Source: Takakia lepidozioides
Taxonomy: Eukaryota > Plantae > Bryophyta
Direction: 5' to 3'
Assembly (NCBI GenBank): GCA_030704615.1
Contig: CM060733.1
Span: forward strand, 35,216,001-35,280,000
Length of the DNA stretch: 64,000 nucleotides
In this document: positions 11,140 to 23,566 of the stretch, in pieces
Position numbering within the stretch: position 1 is the stretch's first letter
How the letters are laid out: the number at the start of each line of letters is the position of its first letter
The notes under the pieces: model-generated
Told to the model about the DNA's origin: nothing
What the model saw: only the letters and a program-made list of their open reading frames with translations
The model's database searches: none
Translations under genes and position numbers: made by a program

Positions 11140-11400
11140 CCGGCCGCAAGGGATCGAGGCATTGTGGAACAACTTGCCTAGGCGGCGAACTAGGCTTATC
11201 CATCCATTAAGCCTAGTCTATGGAGAGTTGATGGGACCCGCAAGGGATTGTGGAACATCTTGCCTACGGAGAGAACTAGGCTTATCCATCCATTAAGCCT
11301 AGTCTATGGAGAGTTGATAGGCATGATTCATGAAACCGTGGAAAAAGTATAAAACAACAACCCCATACAATCAGCAAGGACAGAGCCTCTTGTGGCGGAG
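11140..11400 (+). repeat. Dispersed repeat with internal tandem duplication and hairpin
   Basis: actaggcttatccatccattaagcctagtctatggagagttgat occurs twice (about 11189 and 11275). A reverse-complement copy lies at 38048-38225. Confidence 0.7.
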
Positions 11401-12280
11401 CCCCTTGTTGACTCTGGAGTTGCACGCGAGCCTGCTTTTTCTGGGCCCTGTCCAAAACCAGACATACCCTCATGGGTGAGGGTATATCTCTCATTTGACA
11501 CACATCCGACGGGATGAACCGTACCAAAGTGATCCTACCTACTTCATACACCTCATGTAAAAATATCAGGAGATTTGACCATCTAATTAGAAAACAATGC
11601 TAGGCCAAATTTTCTACCATTTTCCATTTTCATAGTGAAAAATTTTGTTTGACCCTACCATTTAGAATTTTCTTTGATACATGCTACCCAGATTTTAATT
11701 GTATGGCACCTACAACATGTCCACCCAAAAATCTAGAGAAAAATGCCAAAAGTTCACAAAGGTTGCTTTGTATGGGAAAACAAGGGGGTAAAGATGGCCA
11801 TTTTTATTATGGGACCCCCAAATAACCCCAAATGTGTCCCAATTTTTGAGGGAAGCAAAATTCCTCTGGTCATGTTGTTACTTGCCTTCATACTCACTAC
11901 CCTGAAAAAAATTGAAACCATGGCAAAGATTGCAAAAAAAGGGATTTCCTACTTGAATCCAACTATTGCCTGAGCCCCGTAGATAATTCCGGCAAAGGAA
12001 AAGAGGCCACGTCATCATTACCAATGAACTCAAGGGGCTGTTTTGAGGGTGTTTAGTGGGAGCCCGTTTTTGGTGCGCCCACGCAGACAAAGCCGTCCAG
12101 CTCCATCTGCCTACCACCTGATAAAGTCAACCCTGCTGGAGGGCCCCAACCCATCGAAATTTAAATTCCTGACGGCAGTCGTTTAAGTTTTTTAGGGTGC
12201 CATCAACGGAGCGGGTGCAGAACTTAATGAGCTACATCTTTCATTCAGGGCTTGATTTCATCTTCATCCCAAAGGGTTAC

Positions 12281-12535
12281 TGCGTTCCACTAGGAAGGTG
12301 GACACATTTGTGACACCAAGGGTGGGTTGAACCCACAACCACTTCCGAGGTGGTATGTGCATTCCGCTAGGAAGGTGGACACCTTTGTGACTCCAAGGGT
12401 GGGTTGAACCCACAACCACTTCCGAGGTGGTATGTGCGTTCCGTTAGGAAGGTGGACACCTTTGTGACACCAAGGATGGGTTGAACCCACAACCACTTCC
12501 GAGGTGGTATGTGCCCATTACCACTGGGCTACACC
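12281..12535 (-). repeat. Three tandem 77-bp units of a tRNA-derived SINE-like head
   Basis: Units start at 12281, 12358 and 12435 (period 77). The minus strand shows an A-box TGTAGCCCAGTGG once and a B-box GGTTCAACCC in every unit. A related single copy lies at 40531-40605. Confidence 0.75.
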
Positions 12536-12606
12536 TTGGTTAGCACGGCCAACATCCTACACCAAGCTACAATCCTCAACACTTCCCACAATCCAATCCT
12601 TTTAAT

Positions 12607-12740
12607 ACTAGGGCTTCGTGTTGCTCCGCACTACTAGCGACAAATTCTGAGAACTACGTTCAATTTTTCACAAAAAAGAGTGGGTCATGCCCACTGTGTT
12701 ACATGAAGAGATCCCGTGTTTTGTTTTTTCCTGGAAGAAA
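12607..12740 (-). mobile_element. Helitron-like 3' terminus
   Basis: Minus strand gtgcggagcaacacgaagccCTAG|T, plus ~120 bp of subterminal similarity to 17366-17490. Confidence 0.5.
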
Positions 12741-13239
12741 AATGGCGGATCTGCATTTCAATGTTCAATTTTCACAAGCCGCATCAATCAATATCAACAG
12801 ACCCAAATAACCTTACATTCACTATATGAACTTTCAAGCATCCACAGTGGGATTGGATCTTGGTGGGTTAAGGGTAGCTTTTGACAATATTCATGTAAGT
12901 TCATCAAGGGCTCCATCCAAAGCCACACCACGAGAAACAAACAAACATGTCCAAATTTAAGATGCTGAACAAACTTGTGCACATGGCTGCCCCTCTCATC
13001 AAGCTCATTAAAATTCGTATCCACTTCCATCTTCAAGCTTTGGTGAAGCTCCACCACCCAAACCTAGAATTAGGACAGTACTCTGATTTCCATCCATTGT
13101 CACCAGAATCAGTCAAAAATCACCCCTTCAGTCAAGTGCAATTGTGGGCTAACTTCCTCCCTATGCCGGGTAGACCCCTCTATCAGGAAATGGTGGATGG
13201 TCTGAGTGGCTACACAAATCAATGAATGAAGCAAGACAC

Positions 13240-15770
13240 CATATCCTGCGATCATCGCATTCCACGACACCACATTTCATTCAGCCATATTGTCAAATCC
13301 TCCCTTTGCATCCTCATTGCACTCACATTTGGTACAATTCCAGCTTTGATGATGTCACCATGAACCTCTTTGTCCTTTTCCAGGGCTGCCAGGCTTGCAC
13401 ACGCATTGCAAACGCATACAAACGTGATGTGGTCGGGCTTCACCCCTTCCCCCATGCCTCCATCCCGCACACCTGCTATGCATATCCTACAAGCATGGCG
13501 TTCCATGACACCAAATCTCGTTCAGCCATATTGTTGAACACTCCCTCCACATCCTCGATGCTCCCACATTTGGCATACATGTTTACGAGGGTATTGTTCA
13601 GAATCACATCTGGTACAATTCCAACTTCGGCGATGCAACCATGCATCTCTTTGCCCTTTTCCAAGGCTGCCAGGCTTGCACACGCATTGCAAACACAAAC
13701 AAATCTGATGTGGTTGGGCTTCACCCCTTTGCGCAGAATCTGCTCATAGGTCTCAAAAGCATTCCTACCACACCCATGCTTAGTAAATCCTGCCAACATT
13801 ATACTCCACGTGATCAAGATCGTTGAGGCATTCTGTTGAATGCTTCCGCATCTTTTGCTCATAGGTCCCCAAAGCCTCCATCCCACACCCATGTTGGGCA
13901 TATCCTGTGATCATCGCATTCCACGACACCACATCCCGTTCAGCCATGTTGTCAAATACTCTCTTTGCAACCTTCATGCTCCCGCATTTCGCATACATGT
14001 CAACAAGGCTATTGTTCAAAATCAGATTTGGTACAAGTCCAGCTTTCATATGTCAGCATAGACCTCTTTGCCGTTTTCTAGGGCTGCCAGTCTCGCACAA
14101 GCCTTGAGAATGCAAACAAATGTGACCTGATCGGGCATCACCCCTTGCTGTATCAGTTGATCATATGTCTCGAAGGCATTCCTACCACAACCATGCTTGG
14201 TATATCCTGCCACCATATTGTTGAACACTAGACAGGCCTCCCTTACACTCCAATATTTGGCATATGTCATGTTAACAAGGGCAGTCTCCCAATTAAGGTA
14301 TGACGAAATTCCAGTTTTGATAATGTCAGCATGGATATCTTTGCCCTTCTCCAGGGCCACCATGCTGGCACCAACATTGAGAACACAGATGAATGTGGCT
14401 TGCACACGCATTACAAATGCACACAAACGTGATGTGGTCGGGCTTCCCCCCTTCCCCCATCATGGACCTCTTTGCCCTTTTCCAGGGCTGCCAGGCTTGC
14501 ACATGCATTGCAAACGCTCACAAACGTGATGTGGTTGCATTTCACCCCTTCCCCCACCATTTGCTCATAGGTATGATCCAAGGCCTCCATCCCGCGCCCC
14601 TGCTATGCATACCCTGCAAGCATGGCGTTCCATGACACCAAATCTCGTTCAGCCATATTGTTGAACACTCCCTCCGCATCCTCAATGCTCCCACATTTGG
14701 CATACATGTCCACGAGGGTATTGTTCAGAATCACATCTTTACAATTCTAGCTTTGGCAATGCAACCATGCACCTCTTTGCCCTTTTCCAGGGCTGCCAGG
14801 CTTGCACACGCACTGCAAACGCACACAAATGTGATGTGATCGCGCTTCACCCCTGCCCCCATCATTTTGCTCATAGGTCTCCAAGTCCTCCATCCCACGC
14901 CCTGTTGTGCATATCCTGCAAGCATCACATTCCACGACAACAAATCTCGTTCAGCCATATTGTTGAACACTCCCTCTGCATCCTCAATGCTCCCACATTT
15001 GGCATACATGTCCACCAAGGCAGTGTTCAGGATCACACCTGGTACAGTTCCAGCTTTGGCGATGCAACCATGCACCTCTTTGCCCTTTACCAGGGCTGCC
15101 AGGCTTGCACACGCATTACAAACGCACACAAACGTGATGTGGTCGGGCTTCACCCCTTCCCCCATCATTTGCTCATAGGTCTCCAAAGCCTCCATCCCAC
15201 GCCCCTGTTGTGCATACCCTGCAAGCATCGCGTTCCACGACATCACATCTTGTTCAGCCATTTGAAAACTCCCTTCGCATCCTTCATGCACCCACATTTG
15301 GCATACATGTCCACCAGGGCAGTGTTCAGGATGACATCTGGTACAAATCCAGCTTTGACGTTGTCACCATGGACCTCTTTCCCCTTTTCCAGAGCTCCTA
15401 GGCTTGCACACGCATTGCAAACACAAACAAATATGTTGCGGTTGGGCTTCACCCCTTTGCACATCAATATCTTTCGCGCATCCACCAAACTCCCACACTT
15501 GGCATACATATGGACAAGGCTAGTTCCTACATAAACATCTGATTCAAATCCAGCTTTGACAATGTGGGCATGAAGCCCCTTGCCCTGCCCTAGAGCTGCT
15601 GGGCTGGCACACCTTTTGAGGATGCAAATGAGAGTGACCTTGTCGGGCTCTACACCTTCTTGTGGCATTTGCCCAAAGAGTTCAAATGCATCTTCACCAT
15701 GCCCTTGCTCAGTACATCCTGCAATTATTGCAGTCCAAGAGACCACGTCTCATTTCGGCATTTTGGCATC
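13240..15770 (-). pseudogene. Frameshifted PLS-class pentatricopeptide repeat (PPR) array
   Basis: Repeated P-L-S motifs (DVVSWNAMLAGYAQQG, KPDHITFVCVCNACASLAALEKGKEVH, NTALVDMYAKCGSIEDA) are split across several frames. No E/DYW domain was seen. Confidence 0.88.
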
Positions 15771-16669
15771 AAATGCCAAAATCCATGCCTCTGCACAAAT
15801 CATGCATTCATCTTTTCCCTTGCTGCTAGCAACTGACAATGATAACCTAGGAAACACCCAATCACACTAGTTCCTATGCTGAATTGCGTCTGCTACTCTC
15901 TGTCATCTAACAGGGATTCAACTTTTTGCCTTGGTTGTCCCACCATTGACTGGGGTCAACAAAGTATTTATTCCACACCTTCTCTCTATTACCTGTTTTC
16001 GGATACTTTCCTGTTATCACATTAGCAGTATCATGTCAAAGTCACTCCAAACCCAATTCACTCAACCAGCTAACTTGCAGAATTCAGCATGGAAATTTAG
16101 GGCTGACTTTGACAAGAGGGAAAAACAGGGTGAAATGTGTTGAAGAAGGTGCCTGAACATTAGCAGTGCCTTGTTCTATCATTTGTGCTGCTGCCGCTGC
16201 TGTTTCCAGTTGACCATCTACCCAACGACCTAACTTGCAGAATTCAATATGCATCTCAGGGCCGAGTCTGATGAGAGGGCAAAACAGGCTGAAATAGGTC
16301 GAAGAAGAAGGTGCCCTCACCATGTCATTGTCCTTGATCTTGTGGCATGATCGATGGAGGATTTGACCATCAACCCAAAAGGACCCCTTGTGTGTGCTGC
16401 TTGTGTCAGGTGATGTCGGATTGGTCTATGAGAACCAACACGGTGCAGCTGAGCAGGCATAGATTGAAACACAACCTACTAAGACCGAGCTGACTCCCAA
16501 GAACCTTGTAAACATAATCAGGAAGAATATCAAATCATGATACTAACAGGAGCTAAGAGCCCACATGTGCAGGATGGACAAACTTCTTCACATCGTACAT
16601 TAAGAAAAAGCCACACCTTGCGATTGCGGTTGTCCCACCATCGTGAGTGACATTATGAATGACATATGG

Positions 16670-17110
16670 AATTCCAGCTTTGACGATGTCACCATGGACC
16701 TCTTTCCCCTTTTCCAGAGCTCCTAGGCTTGCACATGCATTGCAAACACAAACAAATCTGATGTGGTTGGGCTTCACCCCTTTGCGCAGAATCTGCTCAT
16801 AGGTCTCAAAAGCATTCCTACCACACCCATGCTTGGTAAATCCTGCCAACATTATATTCCACGTAATCAACATCGTTGAGGCATTTTGTTGAATGCTTGG
16901 TGAGCATCCATGATGCTCCCGCCCTTAACATACATGATGACAAGGGTGTTGAGTAGAAAAACATTTGGCGTGAATCCACTTTGGATAATGTGCGTGTGCA
17001 CCTGCTTTCTAGCTTCCAGACCTTTCATCTTGATGCACTTAAGCAAGAGACAGACATAGGTAGAGCCTCTGTCAGTTTGTCTGCCTCACAAAGCATCTTC
17101 ACATGCGCAG
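16670..17110 (-). pseudogene. PLS-PPR N-terminal fragment
   Basis: LITWNIMLAGFTKHGCGRNAFETYEQ...; 16720-16900 is nearly identical to 13660-13850. Confidence 0.8.
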
Positions 17111-17335
17111 AAGTGCTAGAAGAGGTGTTGTGGACTCTCTCTCGATCCTCTTTCAGAAGCTCGAGCACGCGGGGGCATCCCTTCCCCGCGCTGCTTTTCG
17201 GGCATTTCGGGCAGGTTCCAAAGAAATTGACGACGACGATGACTTGGCTACGATGACTTGGCTACGATGATGTGTCTATGATGACGTGTCTACGATGATA
17301 TGGCACTATGGCACCCTATTCCTGCTCTACGCTAA

Positions 17336-17490
17336 ACTAGCTTTCGACCTTCGGTCGTCGCTGGAACTAGGGCTTCGCGTTGCTCCGCACTACTAGTGAC
17401 GAAGTCTGAGAACTACGTTCAATTTGCACAAAAGGGGCTGGGTCATACATACATACATCCCATATATTTCATTGTTTTCCGGAAGAAGAA
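17336..17490 (-). mobile_element. Two stacked Helitron-like 3' termini
   Basis: Minus strand: gcggagcaacgcgaagccCTAG|T (17366), then hairpin cgacc-gaa-ggtcg followed by aaagCTAG|T (17336). Confidence 0.55.
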
Positions 17491-18248
17491 AAGTCAAATG
17501 CGCATTAGCCCTGAAACTCAAATGCACGTGTGCTTTGGAAAATGTGACCAATCACTCTATCAGACCCTAATTGTACTACACCTCAGATTATGTGACAACT
17601 GCTAAAAAGGTCCTCCTGCAGTTTTTCTGTCTGTTTATATCAATCTTTCTAATGCTAAATCAACAATTATAGCTAAAATGTGGTGGTAAAACCAATCCCA
17701 AACCCATGTAATTGATGACTGGACATTTGTGCCCAATTACATCCTTATGGCAGATCACCCAGCACAGCCATAACCGATATAAAAGATTGACTATACACCA
17801 CTAATACAAGGTGATTGCCTGCCCGAGAGAGATAGGAGTGAAAGACCAACCCCATAAAGAATGCGGACTCTTATGTAATGACAACTTCATCTCACACTGC
17901 AATTCCTTCCTGGCTTGCTGCAAAGAGCTCTGCCAACAATGTTACAGTTCACCTCTATACTTTTCAAACATAGAAATTGGTCTCCTCAATTGCGCTCCTA
18001 CCATTCATAATGCGTCCACAATTAATTACAAGAAAAATTAAATATGCATTAAAAAATGTGCTCTATATACATCACCAAAGTAGCAAGCCAGTGAAAGTCA
18101 TGGCAAAAATCTGTGGGCCAGCATCAACTGGCTTGATGGGGATCTTAAACATACCTACTCATGTAAAGATTGGCCTGGTGAGTTGAACAGAAAAATAGTA
18201 TTCATAAGCATGCTTGACAGCAACCAGATCTGTAAATGGTGAGATAAT

Positions 18249-19041
18249 TTAGAAGTCCTCCTCTGCACTGAAGACATGGTTTCCCAAACCACCACCTAAA
18301 TTGACATGACAAAGGCTTTTTGGTACTCCCCCACTCTCTTCTCGAAAAATTTGGTCTTACCTTTGCACACAAACCAAAAAACACAAATTGCTCAATCCAA
18401 TCTCCTACACGTTCATAGTTTCAATTCCATAGAAACCCAGACATGCATCAGTCCAAGAATAGTCTGATTTCCCTGTCCCTCAATTCTCACAATTGATTAT
18501 GTAAGGTGCTGGTGAGTAGACATATTGTAAGGAGATCAGCTCCATCCAGTTAAACGGATTCTGGACATTGTAGACTTTGTTGTAACCCAAGGCAACCTGC
18601 ACATGGAAGGACCAATATTTATTCTCAAAATAGACTATAAATGACTAGGCTATTAGCAAGCTGCATGATGGACAAGAACAACATAGTAGTCAATGCCAAA
18701 ACCAGACTACTTGACCACTTGAAAAAGTCACTTGACCTCATGATCAAGGGTCACATATAGAACCAAGATGTGCTGGAATCATTATAAAGAGCTAACATAC
18801 CCAGGAAATTTGAAGAAACATGAGAGACAGATGCTAGAGAAAGACAAATCTGAAAGCCAAAACCCAGCCATCTGTCATGGCATGAAATTCTCTAACCATG
18901 TTACCAACAGGAAGCAAGCTTACGTGTAAAGCAAACAGGCAAAGTCACAGTGGAGACCCTCATCTCTTGAGATGAGCTCATTGGAGAAAGTGAGGCCAAG
19001 CATTAGCCCCCTTTTCTCAACCAGAAAATCGCACAAAAGCT
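18249..19041 (-). pseudogene. RNR2: 3' fragment of ribonucleotide reductase small subunit (R2), with introns
   Basis: Not in the ORF track. Three exon remnants: [38 protein letters not shown] (19041-18925), VALGYNKVYNVQNPFNWMELISLQ (18596-18525) and GKTKFFEKRVG/YQKAFVMS...EEDF-stop (18360-18249). Frameshifts, damaged splice sites and one internal exon apparently missing. Confidence 0.85.
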
Positions 19042-19169
19042 GCCAAGACAACAACAAATGTTAAGATCATAGATAGATAAGCCTAGGCAGCTCAGGCACT
19101 ACGTGCATACAAGATCAATTTGACGCCAGATAAAGTTAGTATGCAGATTTATCTTCCAGAAAAGAAAAT

Positions 19170-19686
19170 GCCCTCCACGACACCACATCTCGTTCAGCCA
19201 TAATGCTGGAAACTCCTTTCACATCCTTAATGCACCCACATTAGGCATACATGTCCACCAAGACAATGTTCAGGATGAGATCTGGTACAATTCCAGCTTT
19301 GACGATGTCACCATGGACCTCTTTCTCCTTTTCCAGAGCTCCCAAGCTTGCACACGCATTGCAAACCCAAACTAATTTGATGTGGTGGGTTTCATCCCTT
19401 CGCACATCATTTGCTCATAGGTCTCCAAAGCCTCCATCCCACACCCTTGTTGTGCATATCCTGCAATCATCGCACTCCACGACACCACATCTTGCTCAGC
19501 CATACTGTCGAACACTCCATTTGTATCCTCGATGCACCCACATTTGACATATATGTCCACCAGGGCAGTGTTCAGAATGACATTGGGTACGAGTCCAAAT
19601 TTGAAGATGTCACCATGGACCTCTTTGCACTTTCTCAGGGCTGCAAGGCTTGCACACGCATTGCAAATGCAACAAACGTTATGTGG
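19170..19686 (-). pseudogene. PLS-PPR fragment truncated by LTR insertion
   Basis: CNACASLAALRKCKEVH...NTALVDIYVKCG...DVVSWSAMIAGYAQQG; the sequence abuts the LTR at 19687. Confidence 0.82.
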
Positions 19687-20760
19687 TGTAATATCCAAGA
19701 TCTACACAAACTAGAATAGAAGTACTTCTCAACTTTTTCCCAAAACAACTCGATGTCTTCTAGGCTTTCATTGCATGTTTATATATCCTTCACAATATGA
19801 TTATTTTAAAGGTTTGACTTGAGAACCTCAAGTCAAAACTTCCTAGGTTTGACATATTCTCCACAATATGACTTTATCAAACATTTGACTTACTCTCCAT
19901 AATATAAATATCTTATAGGTTTGACTTGAGAGCCTCAAGTCAAACTTCTTTAAGTCAAATTTCCTAGGAACCTTCCTAGTTATTTTGAAAACTTCTAGGG
20001 AACTTTTCTCTTCCATCTAGAACCTTCTAGATTCTACCTTGTTACAATCCTCCCCTCTTTCAAGAAGCAACGTCCTCGTTGTTCGAATTTTCAAAAGCTT
20101 GAATTGTCACTTGAGCATTTGTGAGATTTTGCACCAGTTCCTAGGTAGCTTCATGTAATGGAAATCCTTTCTCTAAAACCAAATACTCCAACACCTCATG
20201 TCACCCTCGTTTGTATGTACGTTTTTTCAGAACACATCGACCTCTCACTCTTCATTTCCATCTATCAACTCTGGTAAAGGTTGTGGTTATTGATTATCTT
20301 TGAATATTGATGGTCGAGGTTCGTAACGACGTAGTAGAGAAACGTGAAATACCGGATGGATCTTTATATGTGGTGGTAACTATAGCTTGTATGCTACTGC
20401 TCCAATATGTTTAATAATCGAAAAAGGACCAATGAACCGAGCCCCTAGTTTTTGCGATCCAATGATGTGTAAATTGGTTGTAGACAACCACACTTGATCG
20501 TCAACTGCAAACTCCTCATCCCGTCGATGTGCATTTGCATACTGCTTTTGGCGATTTTGGGCAACCATCAGCTTCTTTTTAGCTTGACGTACTTCCCGTC
20601 GAATTTGTTGCACAAATATGTTAATCGCAGCTACCTTGGATAATTCCTTATTTGGTAACTTGAACTTTGTAAGAGTTGTTGGCACATTTGGGTGTTCGCC
20701 ATACATAAAAAAGAAATGAGTTTCTTTCGTTGACGCGTTGACCGAGTTATTGTATGAGCG
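19687..20760 (-). mobile_element. Ty3/gypsy (chromovirus-like) 3' remnant with 3' LTR
   Basis: Integrase C-terminus (QNRQKQYANAHRRDEEFAVDDQVWL...FIGPFSII...VAYKL) and a decayed chromodomain. Polypurine tract aagaggggaggat precedes a 360-bp LTR, TGTAAC...TTACA (20046-19687). Confidence 0.85.
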
Positions 20761-21574
20761 TAAAATAAAGAGGCGTAGAAGGAGAGAGGTGCAGCCGGTG
20801 GAGGGCATTAGCGGGGCAACAAAAGACAAGGGAGAGGTAGTTCAGAAGAGCGTGGAAGAGGTAAAGACCTCGGGTCCCCGCAACCTTGATTTGCCAAATA
20901 TGAAGGTGCCCCCCTGGGTGAATGTAGGGTTGACTGGACCAAAATGGATGTTACCAGCACAGTTTTAGATGACTATAATTGATGGTGTCATCAATTGAAA
21001 TTGAATTAATTCATTAAAATCAGCAAATATATATGTCATTGATTTTCTAGCTTCAATACGCACCCATAGCAACTCTCCAATCATGAATCCGATAAGAAAT
21101 GACGCCGCTATGGACTTTTGAACACCGTCATTGTGGACTGTTACCACAATGAATGGAATTACAATGGACTCAAGTTCTCATATGTGCCATTGGTGAATTC
21201 CATTGAAATTTGGACATAAGGTGGTCATTTTGGTCCGCATCATAGGTATGGATTTGAAGTGGCAAAATCATTTGTCATTTGACTCATATGGACTAATATG
21301 TGTAAGAAAATAGGCATTTTTTGAAAAGTCCATGGTTCATCTTGTTTTTTGGATTTTGGGTATCATTTGTTTTCTAGAAGTATAAAAACCTATAATCTTC
21401 AATGGCTAAGTGTCATATTGAATTGTTTTTGTAATCTCTAATTTTTAGTTTTTCATAATTTTTATACTAAAATATTTGGGGTATGACTCTTTACTAATAT
21501 GTTCAGTATACCATTATCTATCACTAAATTTTTTTTTGGAATAGTATCCTCAACTTTTTTTTGGTCATGGACTT

Positions 21575-23566
21575 TCATGGAGCAGGATCTGCCGTTTCTG
21601 GTCCATTCAATCCTGCAACTGCCCCCCTTAGAGACCAATAAGGTCGGTGACCCCATTGGTAAATATTGGGAGGCCATGAAAAAAGTAGTCTTCGACTTAG
21701 CGGCGAGGTGGTTCCCTTGGCATATTGCATGACCACGCCAATCACATCGCCATAGGCAAGCATTTGTGCAAGCACTTGAGGGCACATTTCTGGGTGAGTG
21801 GAATGAGGGGAAGCTCTTGGAGCTGGTGGGAAAGAACCTCAAGGACAAGAGGTACCGTGCGCGACAAACCATTCGCAAGACACTCAAGGCGGGGGTTGAA
21901 CCAATGACCATGCCACATGGAATAACCAAGGTAAGACGCACTTCACTTGTCATTGGTGTCTTTGAATGCATGTTCATTGCGGTATGGAGTTCATTAACAT
22001 TTTTAGTGTCTTTGTTGGGGCTGGACAGGAATCTTGGGAGGCTCTCATCGCAGGGGAGAGAGAAGAGCTGAAGGCGGAGATCTTCGCAAGGGGATGTGCG
22101 ACAACTACAGCCCGCCTCGAGAAGTGTGCGGAATCAACACACAGTGGGGCCCCGGCGGAAGCAAGAGTTTTGTCATCCGATTCATAAATGTTCTTTCTCT
22201 TGTCATACCCATTTTTTTTTTTAGCTTCTCCCTTCCATTATGAATTCTGACCTGTCATTGCATTTGTATGTCATGTGCAGAAAAAGAAGTTTCAGAGGCC
22301 TCCCTCCGTCATCGAGCACAACTTTTGCAAGACTCAGGGGTGGAAGGCCCTTGTAGCCTCAATGGCCAAGACGCCACAATTGACGGAGGATAGTGCATCT
22401 GTAGGGGTGGGGATGGGTAGTTCAGTGGCTCGGCCGGATGGGGGAGAGCCAGTAGTAGGAGGTGGTTCGAAGGATGATATAATCTCGGACTCGGCCTCAT
22501 CATCCTCCAAATTGGAGGCCAGCGTAGCTTGCATTCCTCGGACAAGTACACCTATGACTCAGGTGATGAGGAGTGAAGGATGGTTCCCAGTTAGAGTACT
22601 CACTTTATGTATATATTTTTTCAGTTGCCATTTCGATCCTCGTTCTAGCCTTAATGGACATGTGGATTTGGTGTGTCGACATGTAGATTAGAATGCATGC
22701 ATTCATGCAAGCACGAGGCACATCCCAACCCCCAAGAAAACCCCACACAACCCCCCCCCCCCCCCTCTCCTCCCAAACGAAAAAAAAAACCCCAAAACCC
22801 CACCCCAAATACCAGATAGCTACCCTCCCACCCAGCGACGTCGGCGCGACGGTCGGGGGCGACCAGCAACGCTCTTGCGATTCCCAGCAGTCGCAATAGA
22901 ACCACGCCAACGTGGAGCTAGCGACGCCGCCCAGGGGCTGCGACGTTGTTGCGACTGCAGGGAGTCGCATAAGAACGTGCCCTCCCATGGAGCTAGCGAC
23001 GGCCCCCGGGGGTTGCGACGTCCGTGCGATTCCCGGGCGTCGCTAGAGAACCTCCCTACCCATGGGGGTTTAGCCACGCCCCCAGATGGCAACGATGCCA
23101 TGGCGATTCCCGGGCGTCGCCAGTCCCCTAGGCAGAATAGACCCCATTTGCGATGTTCAGGCATCGCAGAGCGGGGGCTTTAATGTCCTAGGGTGCGACG
23201 TGCCGGCGACGCCGGCGCGTGGCTATTTCTGGGGATGGGTGACGTCCTTGCGACTGCCCCATGACACAAGGGGAGGGATGGACCCCCCTCCTTGCCATTT
23301 GTTGCGACTCCCGAGAGTCGTCATATTGCGACGCCCCGGAGGGGCGGTGTCATTCCGTCGTGACTGGTCGTGGCCAGGGGAACCCGGGGGATTAGCGATT
23401 TCCGTAGGTTGCTAATCTGCGACGTTCCGGGACCGACGTCGGACCGACGTGGCGGCGACTTCCTGTCGTCACCATTTGTTCCTGGCGCTGTAGTGTATTT
23501 CCATCGGTAGGCGCTGCGTTTGGAGGTCGCTGAGGCATCGCTAAACCCCCCTCAAACGTAGTAGTG
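21575..23566 (+). mobile_element. CACTA (En/Spm) remnants with two nested termini
   Basis: Termini ggcgctgTAGTG (23495) and aacgtagTAGTG (23566). GC-rich subterminal gcgac/gtcgc repeats span 22830-23490. Spliced TnpA-like fragments at 21575-22560 are a tentative call. Confidence 0.65.

Noticed and set aside
12281-12535. CRISPR array or functional tRNA-Pro(CGG)
   Set aside because: The units are contiguous with no unique spacers, in a eukaryotic context. The tRNA-like head lacks an acceptor stem and variable loop, and its T-loop is non-canonical.
13222-15870. Plus-strand ORFs of up to 255 aa
   Set aside because: They are antisense shadows of the repetitive PPR coding sequence.
22605-23415. 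GC-rich overlapping ORFs
   Set aside because: Explained by CACTA subterminal repeats and low-complexity C/A tracts.
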